Source: Synechocystis sp. PCC 6803 substr. PCC-P
GTDB taxonomy: Bacteria; Cyanobacteriota; Cyanobacteriia; Cyanobacteriales; Microcystaceae
Length of the DNA stretch: 32,000 bases
Reading direction: 5' to 3'
NCBI RefSeq assembly: GCF_000284455.1
Contig: NC_017039.1
Coordinates: 3,270,001-3,302,000, forward strand
Below the pieces are notes generated by a model. It ran no database searches. It saw only the letters and a list, made by a program, of their open reading frames with translations, and had not been told where the DNA came from. Position numbers and translations under genes: made by a program. Shown piece by piece: positions 27,248-32,000 of this stretch; position 1 is the stretch's first letter, and every line of letters begins with the position of its first letter.

Positions 27248-27541
27248 ATGCAAGCACAAACTTTCTCCCACCTCCATAGCCAGAGTTCTCAACGAACTAC
27301 CGAGGTAACCCTTTACCTAACTATTCCCGAAAGCTATCGTCAAGAACCGATTGTCACCCAACTGGTGAGCCGTTACCAACTCCAGGTAAATATCCTCGCG
27401 GCAACTTTGGGCACTAACGGCGGTCAAGGTCAATTTAAACTAACTTTAATTGGCCATGCCCAAGCAATTAATAACGCCCTAGCTTACCTAGAGCAATTGC
27501 AAGTCACCATAGTTTTAGACCAGGAGTCCGACGGCTGGTAA
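27248..27541 (+). CDS. NIL-domain small protein encoded within the sulfate transport operon
   Basis: 97 aa: VTLYLTIPESYRQEPIVTQLVSRYQLQVNILAATLGTNGGQGQFKLTLIGHAQAINNALAYLEQLQVTI resembles the NIL domain found at the C-terminus of MetN-type ATPases. Confidence 0.7.
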   Translation: MQAQTFSHLHSQSSQRTTEVTLYLTIPESYRQEPIVTQLVSRYQLQVNILAATLGTNGGQGQFKLTLIGHAQAINNALAYLEQLQVTIVLDQESDGW

Positions 27542-27542
27542 C

Positions 27543-28403
27543 ATGACCACAAATCTTCCTTTTTCTTCCCCGTCTAAACAACTCAATAGGTTTAGTTTTT
27601 GGCAATCTATTTCTATACCCTGGGTAGTAACAATTATTTATCTGTTACTAATTTTGGTATTACCCATTGCAGCTCTCTTAGTTAAATCTGCCTCCTTGGG
27701 TTTAGAAGGATTTTGGCAAATTGCCACCACTCCTATCGCCATTTCCACCTATAACGTCACCTTTATCACGGCTCTGGCGGCAGGGCTGGTCAACGGTGTA
27801 ATGGGCACTTTAGTGGCATGGGTGCTAGTCCGCTGTCAATTTCCAGGCAAAAAAATTGTTGATGCCATGGTGGATTTACCCTTTGCTCTGCCCACCTCCG
27901 TTGCTGGTTTAGTGTTGGCTACTTTGTATAGTCAAACGGGTTGGGTAGGTCGCTTTTTTGCTCCATTTGGCATTCAAATAGCTTTCAGTCGCCTGGGGGT
28001 ATTTGTGGCTATGGTTTTCATTTCCCTGCCTTTTATTGTGCGAACTCTACAGCCAGTTTTACAGGAGTTGGAAGAAGAGGCAGAGGAAGCAGCATGGTCC
28101 TTAGGGGCAACGGAATTCCAAACTTTTTGGCGGGTAATTTTTCCCCCTTTAATTCCGCCGATTTTAACAGGGATTGCTTTGGGGTTTTCCAGGGCAGTGG
28201 GGGAATATGGCTCGGTGGTTTTAATTGCTTCCAATATTCCTTTTAAAGATCTGATTGCCCCGGTGTTAGTGTTTGAGCGGTTGGAACAATATGATTATCC
28301 TGCTGCAACGGTAATTGGGGCAGTACTGTTATCTGTTTCTCTGATTTTATTGCTAATTATTAACCTACTGCAACAATGGGGTCGCCGCTATGCTAACGAT
28401 TAA
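27543..28403 (+). CDS. cysT: Sulfate ABC transporter permease
   Basis: FPGKKIVDAMVDLPFALPTSVAGLVLATLY; EEEAEEAAWSLGATEFQTFWRVIFPPLIPPILTGIALGFSRAVGEYGSVVLIASN (EAA motif). Confidence 0.93.
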   Translation: MTTNLPFSSPSKQLNRFSFWQSISIPWVVTIIYLLLILVLPIAALLVKSASLGLEGFWQIATTPIAISTYNVTFITALAAGLVNGVMGTLVAWVLVRCQFPGKKIVDAMVDLPFALPTSVAGLVLATLYSQTGWVGRFFAPFGIQIAFSRLGVFVAMVFISLPFIVRTLQPVLQELEEEAEEAAWSLGATEFQTFWRVIFPPLIPPILTGIALGFSRAVGEYGSVVLIASNIPFKDLIAPVLVFERLEQYDYPAATVIGAVLLSVSLILLLIINLLQQWGRRYAND

Positions 28404-29220
28404 TTTACCGAAAACTTTTAAAGTTAAATATCTACTCATTGCCCTAGCTTTATTTTATTTAATTTTAGTTTTACTACTGCCGGCGATCGCCGTTTTTTAT
28501 GAGGCTTTTCATAAAGGAGTAGAGCCATTTATACAAGCTATGGGAGATCGAAATTTTCAGTCGGCCCTGCAATTAACCGTTGTCATGGCGCTGATTTCCG
28601 TTCCTTTGAACACGGTATTTGGTCTCTGTGCCGCTTGGGTTTTAGCCCGCAATCAATTTCCCGGTCGAGCCTTATTTTTAAGCGTTTTAGATTTACCTTT
28701 CTCCATCTCTCCCGTAGTCGCAGGTTTAATGATTGTTCTCCTCTACGGCAAAAATGGCTGGATCGGTAGCTGGTTTGCTAGCTGGGATATTCAGATTATT
28801 TTTTCTGTGCCCGGCATGGCGATCGCCACTATTTTTGTTACCTTGCCCTTCGTGGCCAGGGAAGTAATTCCCGTACTAGAAGAATTGGGACCAGAACAGG
28901 AGGAAGCGGCCCGCACTTTAGGGGCTAAAGATTGGCAAATTTTCTGGCGGGTTACCTTACCCAATATTCGCTGGGGCTTACTTTATGGAGTTCTGTTAAC
29001 CAATGCTCGGGCCATGGGAGAGTTTGGCGCAGTGGCGGTGGTTTCCGGCAGTATTCTGGGCAAAACCAGTACATTACCTATTTTTGTGGAGCAGGAATAC
29101 AAAAACTATCAAACGGAAGCGGCCTTTGGGGCAGCGGTGGTATTAGCTTTATTGGCAGTGGTGACCCTAGTTCTAAAGGAAATTTTAGAGCAGCGCACCG
29201 GGCATCATAAAGCTGTTTAA
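28390..29220 (+). CDS. cysW: Sulfate ABC transporter permease
   Basis: FLSVLDLPFSISPVVAGLMIVLLYG; EQEEAARTLGAKDWQIFWRVTLPNIRWGLLYGVLLTNARAMGEFGAVAVVSG. Overlaps cysT by 14 bp. Confidence 0.93.
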   Translation: MLTINLPKTFKVKYLLIALALFYLILVLLLPAIAVFYEAFHKGVEPFIQAMGDRNFQSALQLTVVMALISVPLNTVFGLCAAWVLARNQFPGRALFLSVLDLPFSISPVVAGLMIVLLYGKNGWIGSWFASWDIQIIFSVPGMAIATIFVTLPFVAREVIPVLEELGPEQEEAARTLGAKDWQIFWRVTLPNIRWGLLYGVLLTNARAMGEFGAVAVVSGSILGKTSTLPIFVEQEYKNYQTEAAFGAAVVLALLAVVTLVLKEILEQRTGHHKAV

Positions 29221-29381
29221 CCTTTCACTTTCCCTGCCAAATTTCCGGGAAACTAAATAAAAGTACCAGGTATTACTGGAACTGCGGAGGGGACAGACCA
29301 AAATTTTGTCAACATAGCCTGAAACTAACACCATTTTTGAGTTTGACAATCTAACTTCTCTTATATTTAACTGAGGACATC

Positions 29382-30449
29382 ATGAGTATTATTATTAATA
29401 ACGTTTCTAAACAATTTGGCGATTTTACTGCTTTAAAAGATATTAACCTAGAAGTTCCCGATGGTAAGTTAGTTGCCTTATTGGGCCCTTCCGGTTCCGG
29501 AAAATCAACTTTGCTCAGGGCGATCGCCGGATTGGAAGAGCCGGATCAAGGGCAAATTATTATTAATGGTCAGGATGCCACCCATGTGGATATTCGTAAG
29601 CGCAACATTGGTTTTGTTTTTCAGCACTACGCTTTGTTTAAACATTTAACTATTCGACAAAATATTGCTTTTGGTTTGGAAATTCGCAAGCATCCCCCAG
29701 CGAAAACTAAGGAAAGGGTGGAGGAATTACTTTCATTAATCCAATTGGAAGGTTTAGGTAATCGTTACCCCTCCCAACTCTCTGGCGGCCAACGGCAACG
29801 GGTAGCCTTAGCCAGGGCTTTAGCAGTACAACCCCAGGTTTTATTATTAGATGAACCATTTGGGGCTCTGGATGCTAAAGTACGGAAAGAATTGCGGGCT
29901 TGGCTGCGAAAATTACATGATGAAGTGCATCTAACCAGCGTGTTTGTTACCCATGACCAGGAAGAGGCTATGGAAGTGGCGGATGAAATTGTGGTGATGA
30001 GTAATGGCAAAATCGAGCAAGTGGGCACTGCAGAAGAAATTTATGAGCACCCTGCCAGTCCTTTTGTGATGGGTTTCATTGGCGAAGTTAATGTTTTACC
30101 CCGTAATGCTTCCCTCTTTAACTACCACGCTTTTGAACCCCACTCCAGCAATAATGGGCATCAAGAGCCGGTTTTTGTCCGACCCCATGATTTTGAATTG
30201 TTAACGGAAGCGGACGATGCCAGCGTAGCGGGGACCATCAAAAGAGTTATTCACCTCGGTTCAGAAATCCAGGTGGAAGTATTGCTAATGGATAACACCG
30301 CTGTGCTTGCTTACCTAAACCGGGAACAAGGGCAACAGCTTAATCCTAAAGCTGGAAAAAAAGTATTTATTAAGCCCCGGGTCGCTAAGGTTTTTGCTGG
30401 AGCTTCTTCCGCGGCTTCTACCCATTTTATTTATGGTACGGGTATCTAA
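29382..30449 (+). CDS. cysA: Sulfate ABC transporter ATP-binding protein
   Basis: Walker [50 protein letters not shown], and [20 protein letters not shown], with a CysA-type C-terminal domain. Confidence 0.95.
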   Translation: MSIIINNVSKQFGDFTALKDINLEVPDGKLVALLGPSGSGKSTLLRAIAGLEEPDQGQIIINGQDATHVDIRKRNIGFVFQHYALFKHLTIRQNIAFGLEIRKHPPAKTKERVEELLSLIQLEGLGNRYPSQLSGGQRQRVALARALAVQPQVLLLDEPFGALDAKVRKELRAWLRKLHDEVHLTSVFVTHDQEEAMEVADEIVVMSNGKIEQVGTAEEIYEHPASPFVMGFIGEVNVLPRNASLFNYHAFEPHSSNNGHQEPVFVRPHDFELLTEADDASVAGTIKRVIHLGSEIQVEVLLMDNTAVLAYLNREQGQQLNPKAGKKVFIKPRVAKVFAGASSAASTHFIYGTGI

Positions 30450-30591
30450 ATAAACTATTTTAAACTGGATCTATAAGCTCCAATGCCCTGGGGAGTAACT
30501 GAAAGGAAACGAAAAAATAATCTTCTTCCTATTCTATTCCTTCTGATTGAGTAACCAGGACTTTTGGGTACGCTTTCGATTAGAAGTGTGA

Positions 30592-30610
30592 GGAAAGAGG
30601 TTTGCTTTCC
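30592..30610. repeat. Inverted repeat GGAAAG-AGGTTTG-CTTTCC between cysA and the pilin gene
   Basis: Perfect 6-bp arms with a 7-nt loop, 28 bp upstream of the pilin start. Confidence 0.3.
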
Positions 30611-30638
30611 CCCTGTTTAGTAATCCATCCCTAGAGCC

Positions 30639-31166
30639 GTGAACTCATCTAAGACCGCATTCAGAGGTCATAATGTTTTTTTGCTCCGCCATGCCCTGGC
30701 ATGCTCGACGGGATTCACCTTGCTGGAAATATTAGTTGTTGTGATCGTTATTGGTATTCTAGGGGCGATCGCCGTGCCGAACTTGCTGGCCCAAGTAGAC
30801 AAGGCTAGGTACTCGGAAGCGAAAACCCAGATGAGCTGTATGGCCAAGGAATTAACGGTGTATCGCTATGAACATGGCACTTTTCCCCCGGATGTGAACC
30901 GTAATATTAAACCAGCAGGAATTGAGTGCTTTTACACCCGACAGAGTGGCCAGGTTCCTTTTGATTCCCAATACGATTACGATCGCCACGGTTCCCAGTG
31001 TTACGCCCATATTTCTTTCTTTGGCAAGGACGGAGAAAGGGATGCCCCCACTGCTGGCTCACCGGTATATCCTAATCCTGGACTTTACGATCACAGTGAA
31101 ACGAACCCCAACTCCGACGACTGGGTTTATAGTCTTGGTTTAAATCCGGGAGGCATCGAATGTTAA
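30639..31166 (+). CDS. Type IV pilin-like protein with class III prepilin signal
   Basis: ...ALACSTG|FTLLEILVVVIVIGILGAIAVPNLLAQVDKARYSEAKTQM is a textbook prepilin N-terminus (G|F cleavage, E+5). Cys residues occur in the C-terminal region. Confidence 0.88.
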   Translation: MNSSKTAFRGHNVFLLRHALACSTGFTLLEILVVVIVIGILGAIAVPNLLAQVDKARYSEAKTQMSCMAKELTVYRYEHGTFPPDVNRNIKPAGIECFYTRQSGQVPFDSQYDYDRHGSQCYAHISFFGKDGERDAPTAGSPVYPNPGLYDHSETNPNSDDWVYSLGLNPGGIEC

Positions 31167-31307
31167 CTCGGTCTTCATAGCTGTGCCATCACAAAGGCTG
31201 GGGTCAGTTGATGTTGGCCATTAAAATTTTCTCTGTTTGCCAATTGTCCATAGGTTAGCGATTACCTTAGGGTAAAACTTTGTTGTAGTTTCCGTTGGTT
31301 ATTGATC

Positions 31308-32000
31308 GTGAGTAATGAAGCCCCGATGGAAACTATCCCGGTGGACTATGGCACTTTAACGCCTCCGCAAAAATGGCAACGATTGCAGGAGTTGGCCTAT
31401 TTATTTTTGCGGTTAGGACTGTTTTCCTTTGGCGGCCCTGCGGCCCACACCGCCATGATGGAGGAAGAAGTGGTGCGGCGACAACAATGGCTCAGCCACG
31501 AAAAATTTTTAGATTTGATTGGGGTGACCAATTTAATCCCCGGGCCTAATTCTACTGAGTTAGCCATTCACCTGGGCTATGAGCGGGGCAAATGGGCAGG
31601 TTTGATCATTGGCGGAGTTGCCTTTATTTTGCCGGCCATGGTAGTGGTCTGGTTATTGGCGATCGCCTATGTTCATTACCAGTCAGTGCCAGCGGTGGGC
31701 CATATGCTCTATGGCATCCAACCAATGATCATTCCCCTGATTGGCCAAGCTTTATGGAAATTGGGTCGGAAAGCACTAAAAAATCCCCTCACCATTGGGG
31801 CGGCGGTGTTGGTCATGGTGGGGACGGCCTGGGGAAAGCCGGAAATTTTACTATTACTGCTGGCGGGCTTAGCCCTGGTGTTGATCCAAATTGGGCGGGG
31901 ACGTTTTCAATCTTTACCGCTGATTTTTTTACCCCTAGGTCAAATCGCTCCAGCCCCGGCGTTACCAGTAACAATCATCAACCCTTGGTCCGTGTTTGGC
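31308..32000 (+). CDS. chrA: ChrA-family chromate transporter, 3' end beyond window (not in the supplied ORF track)
   Basis: The frame from GTG at 31308 reads VSNEAPMETIPVDYGTLTPPQKWQRLQELAYLFLRLGLFSFGGPAAHTAMMEEEVVRRQQWLSHEKFLDLIGVTNLIPGPNSTELAIHLGYERGKWAG..., with ChrA motifs FSFGGPAAH and NLIPGPNSTELAIHLGY. It ends in ...INPWSVFG at base 32000. Confidence 0.9.
   Translation, partial: MSNEAPMETIPVDYGTLTPPQKWQRLQELAYLFLRLGLFSFGGPAAHTAMMEEEVVRRQQWLSHEKFLDLIGVTNLIPGPNSTELAIHLGYERGKWAGLIIGGVAFILPAMVVVWLLAIAYVHYQSVPAVGHMLYGIQPMIIPLIGQALWKLGRKALKNPLTIGAAVLVMVGTAWGKPEILLLLLAGLALVLIQIGRGRFQSLPLIFLPLGQIAPAPALPVTIINPWSVFG

Noticed and set aside
1-32000. CRISPR arrays, IS elements, prophage genes or retron-like structures
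   Set aside because: I looked for regularly spaced repeats, terminal inverted repeats with transposase motifs, integrases and RT motifs (YxDD) in the ORF list; none was found. The regularly recurring GCGATCGC is HIP1, not a CRISPR repeat.

Overview
This 32 kb window is a gene-dense cyanobacterial chromosomal segment. Its gene content, very dense HIP1 palindrome (GCGATCGC) and intronless tRNA-Leu(UAA) look like Synechocystis sp. PCC 6803 or a very close relative; that assignment is from memory, not from a search. Left to right it holds: an FGGY sugar kinase; a small toxin-antitoxin-like cassette (HicB-like, DUF4258-like, small partner); pepN; gap2; murC-murB; a bacterioferritin; recR; an arginine dihydrolase/ornithine cyclodeaminase-type fusion (ArgZ/AgrE type); a membrane-associated GTPase; a GAF-containing degenerate histidine-kinase-like protein; a SWIM zinc-finger protein; tRNA-Leu(UAA); a DUF3370-type protein; an OmpR-family response regulator (Rre37-like); an inositol-monophosphatase-family enzyme; a Crp/Fnr-type regulator divergent from a sulfate ABC operon (sbpA-NIL protein-cysT-cysW-cysA); a type IV pilin-like protein; and the 5' part of a chrA-type chromate transporter missing from the ORF track. 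I see no CRISPR array, prophage, transposase or rRNA. I do not see a clearly new defence or mobile system. The most worthwhile items are: a textbook NtcA-type promoter (GTA-N8-TAC-N22-TAGATT) in front of the response regulator; three direct repeats RCAAAAYATT between the Crp-like regulator and sbpA; the NIL-domain mini-protein in the sulfate operon; the HicB/DUF4258 cassette; and a histidine-kinase-like protein lacking the phospho-acceptor histidine.
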